Source: an uncultured candidatus Brocadiaceae bacterium (GTDB lineage Bacteria > Planctomycetota > Brocadiia > SM23-32). Taken from it: 64,000 nucleotides of DNA. Below are positions 7,780 through 15,446 of this stretch, one piece after another. The notes beneath the pieces were generated by a model. It was not told the DNA's origin. It ran no database searches and worked only from the letters and a program-made list of their open reading frames with translations. Position 1 is the stretch's first letter; each line of letters begins with the position of its first letter. The position numbers were made by a program, and so were the translations under genes. Location: positions 78,184 through 142,183 of the forward strand of contig CAYSWA010000002.1 in assembly GCA_964434535.1 (NCBI GenBank). Direction: 5' to 3'.

Positions 7780-10668
7780 ATGAGACCGATGAGAATCCGC
7801 CCCGCCGCCCGGCTGCTCGCCGTCGCGCTCGCCCTGCTGCTGGCCGGCGCAACGGCGGCCGTCGAGCCCGAGCTGACCCGCCCGCTGCCGGTCGATCCGA
7901 ACGTCCACATGGCCGAGCTGGAGAACGGGCTGGAGGTCTGGATCCGGCGGCACGCCACCCCGCCCGGCCGCGTCGGCATCTGGCTCCACGTCTCGGCCGG
8001 CTCGCTCAACGAGGAGGAGGCCGAGCGGGGGCTCGCCCACTTCCTGGAGCACCTCGCCTTCAACGGCAGCGAGCACTTCCCGCCGGGCGAGCTGGTCAGG
8101 TACTTCGAGTCGATCGGCCTGACCTTCGGCACCCACCAGAACGCCTTCACGGGCTTCGACCAGACCGTCTACACGCTGGCCCTGCCCGACACGGACGACG
8201 CGACGGTCGGCAAGGGGCTGCTCTGCATGGCGGACTTCGCCTTCCGCCTGCTGCTGCTGCCGCAGGAGATCGAGAAGGAGCGGCGCGTGGTGCTGGAGGA
8301 GGTCCGCGCGCGCAAGGGCGCCCGCCAGCGGGTCATCGAGGCGCTGCTGCCGGTGCTGCTGCCCGAGTCCCGCGCCGGCCGACGGCTGCCGATCGGCAAG
8401 GAGGAGGTGATCGCCGCGCTGGAGCGCGAGGACTTCGTGCGCTTCTACCGCCGGTGGTACCGGCCCGGCAACGCGACGCTGCTGATCGTGGGCGATCGCG
8501 ACCCGGCCGAGCTGGCCGAGCTGGCCCGGGCGGAGTTCGCCGAGTGGTCGCCGCTGGATGACCCGCCGCCGGAGCCCGACCCGGGCGTCGAGTCCTACAG
8601 CGAGACCCGGGCCGCCGTGATCACCGACCCGGAGCTGACCACCGCCGAGCCGAGCGTCGTCGCCGTGCGGCCCATGGAGCCGATGCAGACCGTCGGCGAC
8701 CTGCGCCGGGAGCTGATCGACGAGCTGGGGCTCTGGATCGTCGAGCGCCGCCTCGACGAGATGGTGCAGGAGGGCACGGCGCCGTTCCAGCGGGCGCACC
8801 TGCACAAGTTCCCGCTCTGGAACGTCTGCACCTACGTCGAGGCCGAGGCCGTCGGCCAGCCCGACCGCTCGGCCGAGATGATGCGCGCCGTGCTGGTGGA
8901 GCTGAAGCGCGCCCGCGAGCACGGCTTCCTGGAGCAGGAGCTGGCCGACGCCCGCAAGGCCCTGCTCGCCGCCGCCGACCAGGCCGCCCGCACCGAGCCG
9001 ACCTGGGACGCCGGGGCGTTCCTCAGCGCCATGAGCGAGGCCGTCGCCCGCGACCGCAAGCCGATCTCCCAGGCCCAGCGCCTGGAGCTTATGACCGAGC
9101 TGATCGGCGGGGTCGCGCTGGAGGAGGTCGAGGCAGCGTTCCGGCGCAACTTCGACCCCGAGGCGCGCCTGCTCCTGGTGACCATGCCCGCGGAAGAGGG
9201 CCAGGCGGCGCCGGAGGAAGCAGACCTGCTCGCCGTCGCCGAGCAGGCCGAGGCCGTCGCCGTCGAGCCGCCCCGGGAGAAGGAGCGCCCCCTGAGCCTG
9301 CTCGCCCGCGAGCCCGAGCCCGGCGAGGTCGCCGGGCAGGAGGAGGAGCCGGACCTGGAGATCCTCTCCGTCACGCTCGCCAACGGCGTCCGCGCCCACC
9401 TGCGCTCGATGGACTTCAAAAAGGACGAGGTGCTGGTGCGGGTCACCCTCGGCGGGGGCGAGCTGCGGGAGACGGCCGCCGACCGGGGCGTCACCGACGT
9501 GGCGAGCCTCGCCTTCCGCCAGCCGGCCGGCGGGGGCCTGACCTCGACCCAGGTGCGCGACCTGCTCACGGGCAAGAACGTGGAGCTCGGCGTCGGCCAG
9601 GGCCGCGACTACGTCCGCCTGGAGCTGAGCGGCACGCCCGACGACATCGAGGAAGGCTTCCGACTGCTCCACCTGCTGCTGAGCGAGCCGCAGGTCGAGC
9701 CGGCCGCACTGGAGTTCTGGAGGGAGCAGATGGCCCAGGAGATCGAGCGGCGCAACACCAGCGTCGAGGCGCAGCTCGCCGAGGAGTCGTGGGCCCTGCG
9801 AACCGGCGACGACCCCCGCGTCGCCTTCCCCACCGGCGAGCAGGTGGAGCGGCTCACGCGGGAGCAGGGCCAGCAGTGGCTGGAGGCGATGATCGGCCGC
9901 GCGCCGATCGAGATGGCCGTCGTCGGCGACATCCCCCGCCAGCGGGCGTTGGAGCTGACGCGGAAGTACCTCGGCTCCCTCCCGCCGCGCCCGGGCCTCG
10001 GCGAGGACATGACGGAGCTGCGGCACGTCGAGCCCCGCCCCGGCGAGCTCGCGGCGACCGTCGAGGTCGAGACGATCACCCCCCGTGCGCGCGTCCTCGC
10101 CGGCTGGCTCGGCGCCGACTGGACGGACGTGAAGGACCGGCGCATCCTCCAGATCGCCGCGCAGATCCTCACCACGCGCCTGCGCGAGGAGATCCGCGAG
10201 GAGCGTGGGCTGACCTACTCCCCCTGGTGCGACGCCCGGCCGGCCCGGGCATACCCCGGCAGCGGGCTCTTCGCCGCCTACTTCAGCGCCGACCCCGAGA
10301 AGGCGGCGGAGGCGGCCGACGCCGCGCGCGAGGTCATCCAGGGCCTCGCCGGCGAAGGGCCGACCGAGGAGGAGATGGCCGCCGTGCGCAAGCAGTTCGC
10401 CAACATCATCGAGCTCTCGCAGAAGGAGCCCGCCTACTGGGCCGGCGTCCTCGCGGAGCTCGACTACCGCGGCACGGTCCTCCAGGATGTCAAGGCCGCC
10501 ATGGAGGCATACACCGCCTACACCGTCGAGGACATGATGGACGTGCTCGGCCGCTACGCGGTGCCCGAGCGCCGCATCCAGGTCGTCGCCGTGCCCGTGC
10601 CCCCGGCGGGCCCTGCAGAGCCGGGCCCGGCCGAGTCCCCGGAAGAGGCCCCCACGCCGTCGCGATGA
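7780..10668 (+). CDS. secreted M16 (pitrilysin/insulinase) family zinc peptidase, double-length form
   Basis: Part of ORF 7522..10668, starting MRPMRIRPAARLLAVALALLLAGATAA (signal peptide). HFLEH zinc motif with downstream EKERRVVLEE. The second half looks like a second M16 pair. TATAAT at 7741 upstream. Confidence 0.9.
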   Translation: MRPMRIRPAARLLAVALALLLAGATAAVEPELTRPLPVDPNVHMAELENGLEVWIRRHATPPGRVGIWLHVSAGSLNEEEAERGLAHFLEHLAFNGSEHFPPGELVRYFESIGLTFGTHQNAFTGFDQTVYTLALPDTDDATVGKGLLCMADFAFRLLLLPQEIEKERRVVLEEVRARKGARQRVIEALLPVLLPESRAGRRLPIGKEEVIAALEREDFVRFYRRWYRPGNATLLIVGDRDPAELAELARAEFAEWSPLDDPPPEPDPGVESYSETRAAVITDPELTTAEPSVVAVRPMEPMQTVGDLRRELIDELGLWIVERRLDEMVQEGTAPFQRAHLHKFPLWNVCTYVEAEAVGQPDRSAEMMRAVLVELKRAREHGFLEQELADARKALLAAADQAARTEPTWDAGAFLSAMSEAVARDRKPISQAQRLELMTELIGGVALEEVEAAFRRNFDPEARLLLVTMPAEEGQAAPEEADLLAVAEQAEAVAVEPPREKERPLSLLAREPEPGEVAGQEEEPDLEILSVTLANGVRAHLRSMDFKKDEVLVRVTLGGGELRETAADRGVTDVASLAFRQPAGGGLTSTQVRDLLTGKNVELGVGQGRDYVRLELSGTPDDIEEGFRLLHLLLSEPQVEPAALEFWREQMAQEIERRNTSVEAQLAEESWALRTGDDPRVAFPTGEQVERLTREQGQQWLEAMIGRAPIEMAVVGDIPRQRALELTRKYLGSLPPRPGLGEDMTELRHVEPRPGELAATVEVETITPRARVLAGWLGADWTDVKDRRILQIAAQILTTRLREEIREERGLTYSPWCDARPARAYPGSGLFAAYFSADPEKAAEAADAAREVIQGLAGEGPTEEEMAAVRKQFANIIELSQKEPAYWAGVLAELDYRGTVLQDVKAAMEAYTAYTVEDMMDVLGRYAVPERRIQVVAVPVPPAGPAEPGPAESPEEAPTPSR

Positions 10669-10691
10669 GCGACACGCCCCGGCAACGGCGT

Positions 10692-10980
10692 TCACCACGA
10701 AGGTCACGAAGAAGCACGAAGCACGGCGCACGGCAACGCCGGGCAAGAGGGGAACGGCAGTCCGGCCGTTCCGTCCGAGTTCCTTCGTGCCGTTCGTGCT
10801 CCCCGCGGCGATGCCGTGCCGGGTGTCCTGCCCGCCGAAAGTCCGGGACAGTCCCCTGCGGGGCTTGCGGCCCCTTCGGGATACAGTCCCGGGTTTCGGC
10901 TCCGGCCGTGGCCGTCAGTAGAGGGACGCGCTCCCGCGCGTCCTTGCCTCCCTTCGCGCCCTTCGTGCTCTTCGTGGCAA
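10692..10980. repeat. composite intergenic repeat: inverted CACGAAG/CTTCGTG-type arms enclosing several hairpins
   Basis: Left arm CACCACGAAGGTCACGAAGAAGCACGAAGCACGG (10692-10735) faces CTTCGTG units at 10783-10800 and 10960-10976. Internal hairpins are GGAACGGC-AGTCCG-GCCGTTCC (10751-10772), an imperfect 67-nt hairpin (10834-10900), and GGACGCGC-TCCC-GCGCGTCC (10924-10943). Confidence 0.7.
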
Positions 10981-10983
10981 TGT

Positions 10984-11054
10984 CTTGCCGTCGCCGCTGT
11001 GCCCGTCGTGTCGTCGTGGTCTGCTCGGCTTTTCTCCGTGTCTGCGTGGTGAGG
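10984..11054 (+). repeat. intergenic repeat module A (CGTCGTG...TTCTCCGTGTCTGCGTGG type)
   Basis: By eye it aligns at about 70% with 48508-48563 and shares TCGGCTTYTYTCSTGWTCTGCGTGGTGA with 20081-20109. It abuts the DUF401 stop codon. Confidence 0.7.
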
Positions 11055-11055
11055 T

Positions 11056-12363
11056 TCACCCCAGGGCGAAGTGCAGCGCCAGCCCGCCGGCGATGACGGC
11101 GGCCGCCGGCCCGAGCAGCCCCGCCGCGTTCGGCAGCACCCGCGTGCGGAAGTGCTCGCTGGTCACGATCAGGCAGACGTGCACCGGCGAGAGCATCGTG
11201 CCCATGAAGCCGCAGGCGAACGCCAGCGCCGTCACGCCGAGCAGCCCCCCGAGCGTGCCGTCGTTCATCAGCGGGATCACGATGGGGAACGAGGCGCCGA
11301 CGAACCCGATCGTCACGCCCGTGGCGAGCCCGGCCACGAAGGGCAGCAGCATCACGATCAGCAGCAGCGGGACGCCCCAGGCGTCCATCTCCGCGTGCAT
11401 CCGCGCCACCAGCGGCGTGCCGCCGGGCAGCTCCGCCTCGATGAAGGCGCCGTAGATGCGCACGGCGGCGACGATCACCGCCATGTTGAGCGCCCGCCCG
11501 CAGAGCAGCACGCGCTTCCACGCCTCTCGGTCGAGCGGGCGCTGCCGCTGGAGGACGGCCATCGCCGCCACCAGCCCGACCGCCATCGGCAGGTAGCGGT
11601 TCATCGCCGGCACGGCGACGCCGGCCCCCCGCAGCGCCGCATGACCGCCCCGCACGAGGCCGTAGACGGCGATCACCACGACGATGGGCAGCACCAGCCC
11701 GAGCAGGCGCCGGCGCGGGGCGTGGTGCGCGTGCTCGGCGGGCGCGTCGGCGCCGGCCTCCACGTTGCGCAGCAGGAAGAGCCAGCCCCCGCCGATCGCG
11801 CAGAGGCTCAAGGGCAGCCCGATCAGCGCGAACTGCCAGATCTGGAGGCCCGTGATCTCCAGCGATAGCAGCAGCCCCGGATAGAGCGGCCACCAGTATT
11901 CCCAGATGTGGCGGAACCAGTGGTTGGTCTGCGCCTTCAGGGCGGGGCTGACCATGCCGTCCATGTCGACGCTGTCCACCAGCGGGGCCGAGAACAGCGC
12001 CCCGCCGGGCATGGGCAGCAGGCCGATCACCGCCGGCAGCACGCCCATGGCCGCCCGCCGCGAGACCAGCGCCCGCACGCTGCCGACCAGGTCCTCCATC
12101 ACCCCGCTGGCGGCCATCTGCGAGCTGAGCCAGATCACCAGCACGATGATCAGCATCAGCATCAGGTTGCTCGGCGATGTGAGGCGCCGCCAGGCGATCG
12201 TGGCCATCTGCCCCGCCGGATGGCCCGACCAGAGCGCCAGCGCCAGCGCCCCGGCCGCCACCGAGACGATCAGGTGCCGGCAGAAGGCGTTCACGGCCAG
12301 GATCAGCGCCAGGGCCCCGATCACCTTCACCACGACGGGCACGCCGAGTATCCAGTCGACCAC
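11056..12363 (-). CDS. DUF401-family integral membrane protein
   Basis: 435-aa polytopic membrane ORF. LPAVIGLLPMPGGALFSAPLV is typical of the DUF401/TIGR00529 family as I remember it. Confidence 0.8.
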   Translation of the reverse strand: MVDWILGVPVVVKVIGALALILAVNAFCRHLIVSVAAGALALALWSGHPAGQMATIAWRRLTSPSNLMLMLIIVLVIWLSSQMAASGVMEDLVGSVRALVSRRAAMGVLPAVIGLLPMPGGALFSAPLVDSVDMDGMVSPALKAQTNHWFRHIWEYWWPLYPGLLLSLEITGLQIWQFALIGLPLSLCAIGGGWLFLLRNVEAGADAPAEHAHHAPRRRLLGLVLPIVVVIAVYGLVRGGHAALRGAGVAVPAMNRYLPMAVGLVAAMAVLQRQRPLDREAWKRVLLCGRALNMAVIVAAVRIYGAFIEAELPGGTPLVARMHAEMDAWGVPLLLIVMLLPFVAGLATGVTIGFVGASFPIVIPLMNDGTLGGLLGVTALAFACGFMGTMLSPVHVCLIVTSEHFRTRVLPNAAGLLGPAAAVIAGGLALHFALG

Positions 12364-12381
12364 GTCGGTCCGTCCTCCTTC

Positions 12382-13419
12382 TCAGTCGCGTGCGCGGCGC
12401 CCGCCGAGCTGCCCGCAGCCGGCGGCGATGTCGCGTCCGCGCCGGTAGCGCTGCGTCACGGGGACGCCCTCCCCTTCCAGGATGCCCCGGAAGCGCTCGA
12501 TCTCCTCGCCGGTCGGCGGGCGGAACGCGCAGCCCGGCACGGGGTTCAGCGCGATCAGGTTCACCAGCGCGCCGAGTTCCCGCGCGATGCGCGCCGTGGC
12601 CCGGGCCGCCCTCGCCGAGGTGTTCACCGCCCTCAGGAGCACGTACTCGATCAGGAGTCGCCGACCGGTCCGCTCGCAGTACTCCTTGCAGGCGGCGAGC
12701 ACGGCCTCCAGCGGATGCCTCTCGGCGATCGGCATCAGTTCGCGGCGCTGGACCTGGAACGGCGAGTTGAGCGAGAGCGCCAGGTTCGGCCGGACCGGGT
12801 GGGCGGCGAGGCGCCGGATGCCCGGCGGCACGCCGGCGGTCGAGACGGTGATGCGCCGCGCGCCGAGCGCGAAGCGCCGCTCGTCGGCGAGCGATTCCAG
12901 CGCCGGCAGCACGGCCCCGAGGTTCAGAAGCGGCTCGCCCATGCCCATGAAGACGACGTTCGCCGGCCAATCGTGCGCGCGGGCCAGCGCCATGACCTGC
13001 CCGAGGACCTCCTCGACCCGCAGGTCGCGCCCGAACCCGAGCCGCCCGGTCGCGCAGAACTCGCAGCCGAGCGCGCAGCCGGCCTGAGAGGAGATGCAGA
13101 ACGTCTCGTGCGGCCGCCCGCCCATCCAGACGCTCTCGATCCACGCGCCGTCCCCCAGCGCGAAGAGGAACTTCTCGGTGCGCCGGTCCTCCGAGCGCGC
13201 GCGCTCCACCTCCCGGGGCAGGGCCGTCTCGAAGGCCCCGGCCAGGCGCTCCCGCAGCCCGGCCGGCAGGTTGGTCATCCCATCGAACGTGGCCGCGCGC
13301 CGCTCGTAGAGCCAGCCGAGGAGCTGGTCGAGCCGATAGTCCGGCTCGCCCCGCTCGCGCAGCCAGCCGGCCAGCTCGTCGGAGCCCACGCTCAGGATGT
13401 GCGGCTTCTGCTCCCCCAT
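12382..13419 (-). CDS. rlmN: 23S rRNA/tRNA (adenine-C2)-methyltransferase RlmN (radical SAM)
   Basis: CISSQAGCALGCEFCATG (CxxxCxxC), VVFMGMGEPLLN, and C-terminal DIAAGCGQL. Confidence 0.92.
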   Translation of the reverse strand: MGEQKPHILSVGSDELAGWLRERGEPDYRLDQLLGWLYERRAATFDGMTNLPAGLRERLAGAFETALPREVERARSEDRRTEKFLFALGDGAWIESVWMGGRPHETFCISSQAGCALGCEFCATGRLGFGRDLRVEEVLGQVMALARAHDWPANVVFMGMGEPLLNLGAVLPALESLADERRFALGARRITVSTAGVPPGIRRLAAHPVRPNLALSLNSPFQVQRRELMPIAERHPLEAVLAACKEYCERTGRRLLIEYVLLRAVNTSARAARATARIARELGALVNLIALNPVPGCAFRPPTGEEIERFRGILEGEGVPVTQRYRRGRDIAAGCGQLGGRRARD

Positions 13420-13464
13420 GGGACGGCGCCTCTGCGATGTAACCGGGCGGACGGTGAACCCCTC

Positions 13465-13493
13465 ATCTTATCAGGCGCGGGGCGAATGGTGAA
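13465..13493 (-). promoter_or_regulatory. putative promoter of rlmN
   Basis: Minus strand reads TTCACC-N17-TAAGAT, 46 nt upstream of ATG 13419. Confidence 0.4.
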
Positions 13494-13535
13494 CGGCGGG
13501 CCTGAAATACCAGGCAGGCCGGCCGCTCGGCCGAG

Positions 13536-14348
13536 TCAGAACGAGACGAGGGAGGGGTCGTACCGCCCGTTCCAGAGGCTGGGATCGCCGGTGCCGCCGA
13601 CCTCCTGGGGGACCTCGGCGTCGTAGCCGGCCTCACGCATGGTGAGCGTGGCGGCGTGCCCGTCGGCGAACAGCGCGGCGAAGGTGCCGTTGGTATGGCG
13701 GGGATCGGCCGGGCACTGGCCCCCCGTGCCGCTGCCCCAGCGCCCGTTCAGCATGACGGGCGGGTCCAGCGTATAGGCGTGGACGCCGTCGGTCATGGAG
13801 GCATCTCCGAACGCATCGGCCACCATGATGGTGTTCTGGGGCACGCTGATCCGGCCTTCGCCCGTGGGGAAGGGGCGCAGGACGTCGGGGTCGGGCCAGA
13901 ACGGCCCGAAGGTCATCCAGTTGTAGCCGTAGGAGCCTGTGCGCAGGTAGTCGGCGCGGTCGGCATCGGGCAGTTGATGGTCCGAGTCGCCGATGGCGGG
14001 GCAGCGCAGCAGGTCGTTGATGATGCGGTTGCCGGTCTGGGGAGTGCTCTGCCATGTCGGGTCCTCGACGCTGCCTCCGATGTAGGGCCCGATGGCCGTG
14101 GGCCAGCGCGTGTTGGGGCGGTCGTCCTTCCAGCGCGCGCAGGGGAAGACTCCGTCGAAGTCGTTCACGTACATACGCAAGCCCACACCGAGCTGGCGCA
14201 GGTTCTGCATGCACGCGACCGTGCGGGCTCGGCCGCGCACGGCCAGCGCCGCGGGCAGCAGCAGCCCGGCAAGCAACGCGATGATGCCAATGACGACCAG
14301 CAGTTCGACGAGCGTGAAGCCGTCGTTGTGACGGATCCTGCCTCTCAT
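13536..14348 (-). CDS. DUF1559 / prepilin-type N-terminal cleavage-methylation domain protein (H-X9-DG type)
   Basis: GFTLVELLVVIGIIALLAGLLLPA N-terminus and C-terminal HTNGTFAALFADGH motif. AAGGAGGAGGG Shine-Dalgarno. Confidence 0.9.
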   Translation of the reverse strand: MRGRIRHNDGFTLVELLVVIGIIALLAGLLLPAALAVRGRARTVACMQNLRQLGVGLRMYVNDFDGVFPCARWKDDRPNTRWPTAIGPYIGGSVEDPTWQSTPQTGNRIINDLLRCPAIGDSDHQLPDADRADYLRTGSYGYNWMTFGPFWPDPDVLRPFPTGEGRISVPQNTIMVADAFGDASMTDGVHAYTLDPPVMLNGRWGSGTGGQCPADPRHTNGTFAALFADGHAATLTMREAGYDAEVPQEVGGTGDPSLWNGRYDPSLVSF

Positions 14349-14400
14349 CTCCCTCCTCCTTCGTTTGTTGGGGCGGCGGCGATGTCTGCTCGCCCGGGGG

Positions 14401-14455
14401 ACAAAAACAGGAGGGCGCAGCCCGAGCGCGCCTGTCGCGCTCCGGCTGCGCCCTC
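14401..14455 (-). terminator. Rho-independent terminator of the feo transcription unit
   Basis: On the minus strand: GAGGGCGCAGCC-GGAGCGCG-ACAGG-CGCGCTC-G-GGCTGCGCCCTC followed by CTGTTTTTGT. It has a perfect 12-bp outer stem and a 7-bp inner stem. T-runs are very rare in this window. Confidence 0.8.
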
Positions 14456-14508
14456 ACTTCCCGGCGCCTCGCGCCGGGCCGTAGGACAGATCCCGTGCCG
14501 CCGGGCCG

Positions 14509-14781
14509 TCAGCTCCCGGCCAGCACCACCAACAGCCTTCGTCTCAACTCCTCAAGCGTCCTGGACTTGAACGCCTTCCGCGTCTCCTCGATGGCCCTGA
14601 CTGCATCGAGCAGCGCGGCCCGCAGCCGCCGCTCGTGCGGACACTCCGGCAGCGGGCAGAAGGCCATCCGCGCACTTCCGGCTCCCACCAGGGCCCGATC
14701 GAGCAGCCTCCGATGCTCTCGTGCCGCTCGCTCGAGCTGCTCGGCGCTGTTTCTGATTGCTTCCTGCGGCTTCATCGTCAC
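14509..14781 (-). CDS. small hypothetical protein, last gene of the feo transcription unit
   Basis: 90-aa ORF (GTG at 14781 or ATG at 14775) starting 7 nt after the stop of the upstream regulator gene. A strong terminator follows about 55 nt downstream. Predicted helical, with a CPLPECPHE motif. No family recognised. Confidence 0.45.
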   Translation of the reverse strand: MTMKPQEAIRNSAEQLERAAREHRRLLDRALVGAGSARMAFCPLPECPHERRLRAALLDAVRAIEETRKAFKSRTLEELRRRLLVVLAGS

Positions 14782-14787
14782 CGTTGC

Positions 14788-15432
14788 TCAGGGCTCTGCG
14801 CGCCGCACGTGGATCTGTGCGGCCATCGCCTTGTCCATGGCGAACTGCGATCCGCCCATCTCGATCAGGTAGGAGGGGAACCTCTGGCGCACCACGACCT
14901 CCTGGCCGGGCAGCGCCCCGATGGCCATCAGCTTGCGCAGGTCGCCCGCCTCGTCGGTCTCCAGGAAGGCGATCACCGCGGGACGGTTGGGCTCCAGCTC
15001 GGCCGCGGAGCAGAGCAGCGGCCCGGCCGCGCGGGCCATGCGCCGGCAGCACTCGCCGCGCGGAATGGGCTTGCCGTGGGGGCAGCGGTCGGGGTGGCCC
15101 AGCATGGTGCAGACGCGCTCCTCCAGGCCGCGATGCAACCCGTGCTCGAACTTGCAGCCCGCCCGGTGGACCTCCTCGTCGGTGCCGGCCAGCACGTCGG
15201 CGAGCAGGCGCTCCGCCAGGCGGTGGCGCCGGATGCAGCGGGCGGCCTCCCCGCGCCCGTCCGCTGTCAGCTCGGCGCGCCCGTCCGCCTCTCGCGCCAG
15301 GCCGCGCTGGGTGAGCGCTTCATATGCCTCGTCCTCGCGGAAGAGTTCGATCGGCGCCGCGCCGCCCTGCTCCTGGGTCAGCACCCAGAGCCTCTCCAGG
15401 ATCTCCTCTGCCCTGTCGGTCAGTTCGGCCAC
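14788..15432 (-). CDS. DtxR/IdeR-family metal-dependent transcriptional regulator with C-terminal FeoA/SH3-like domain
   Basis: The RRHRLAERLL helix and HPDRCPHGKPIP motif fit the DtxR family. The C-terminal ...LMAIGALPGQEVVVRQRFPSYLIEMGGSQFAMDKAMAAQIHV is FeoA-like. Confidence 0.85.
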   Translation of the reverse strand: MAELTDRAEEILERLWVLTQEQGGAAPIELFREDEAYEALTQRGLAREADGRAELTADGRGEAARCIRRHRLAERLLADVLAGTDEEVHRAGCKFEHGLHRGLEERVCTMLGHPDRCPHGKPIPRGECCRRMARAAGPLLCSAAELEPNRPAVIAFLETDEAGDLRKLMAIGALPGQEVVVRQRFPSYLIEMGGSQFAMDKAMAAQIHVRRAEP

Positions 15433-15446
15433 CGGCTCGCCCCCTC

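Noticed and set aside
7333-10746. 1137-aa minus-strand ORF antisense to the M16 peptidase gene. Similar giants are at 48972..53315, 45001..47970, 21765..25058, 22127..26092, 56645..59335, 14..1981 and 3612..6746 (N-terminal part).
   Set aside because: Their composition is dominated by Arg, Ala, Gly, Pro and low-complexity runs. They carry no recognisable motifs. Each overlaps, or runs across, several motif-supported genes on the other strand or frame. Stop codons are rare in about 70% GC DNA, so long open frames are expected by chance.
10834-10900. The GCCGAAAGTCCGGGAC string is reminiscent of the RNase P RNA GGAAAGUCCGGGC motif, in a 387-nt spacer of about RNase P size.
   Set aside because: The motif is one arm of a simple imperfect hairpin whose other arm is GTCCCGGGTTTCGGC. 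None of the other universally conserved RNase P blocks (for example GGUAAGAGCGCACC or ACAGAACCCGGCUUA) is present.
10923-10935. AGGGACGCGCTCCC is shared between 10922-10935 and 27647-27660.
   Set aside because: A single 14-mer match is expected by chance several times in a 64-kb GC-rich window when both strands are considered. It is not enough on its own to call a repeat family.
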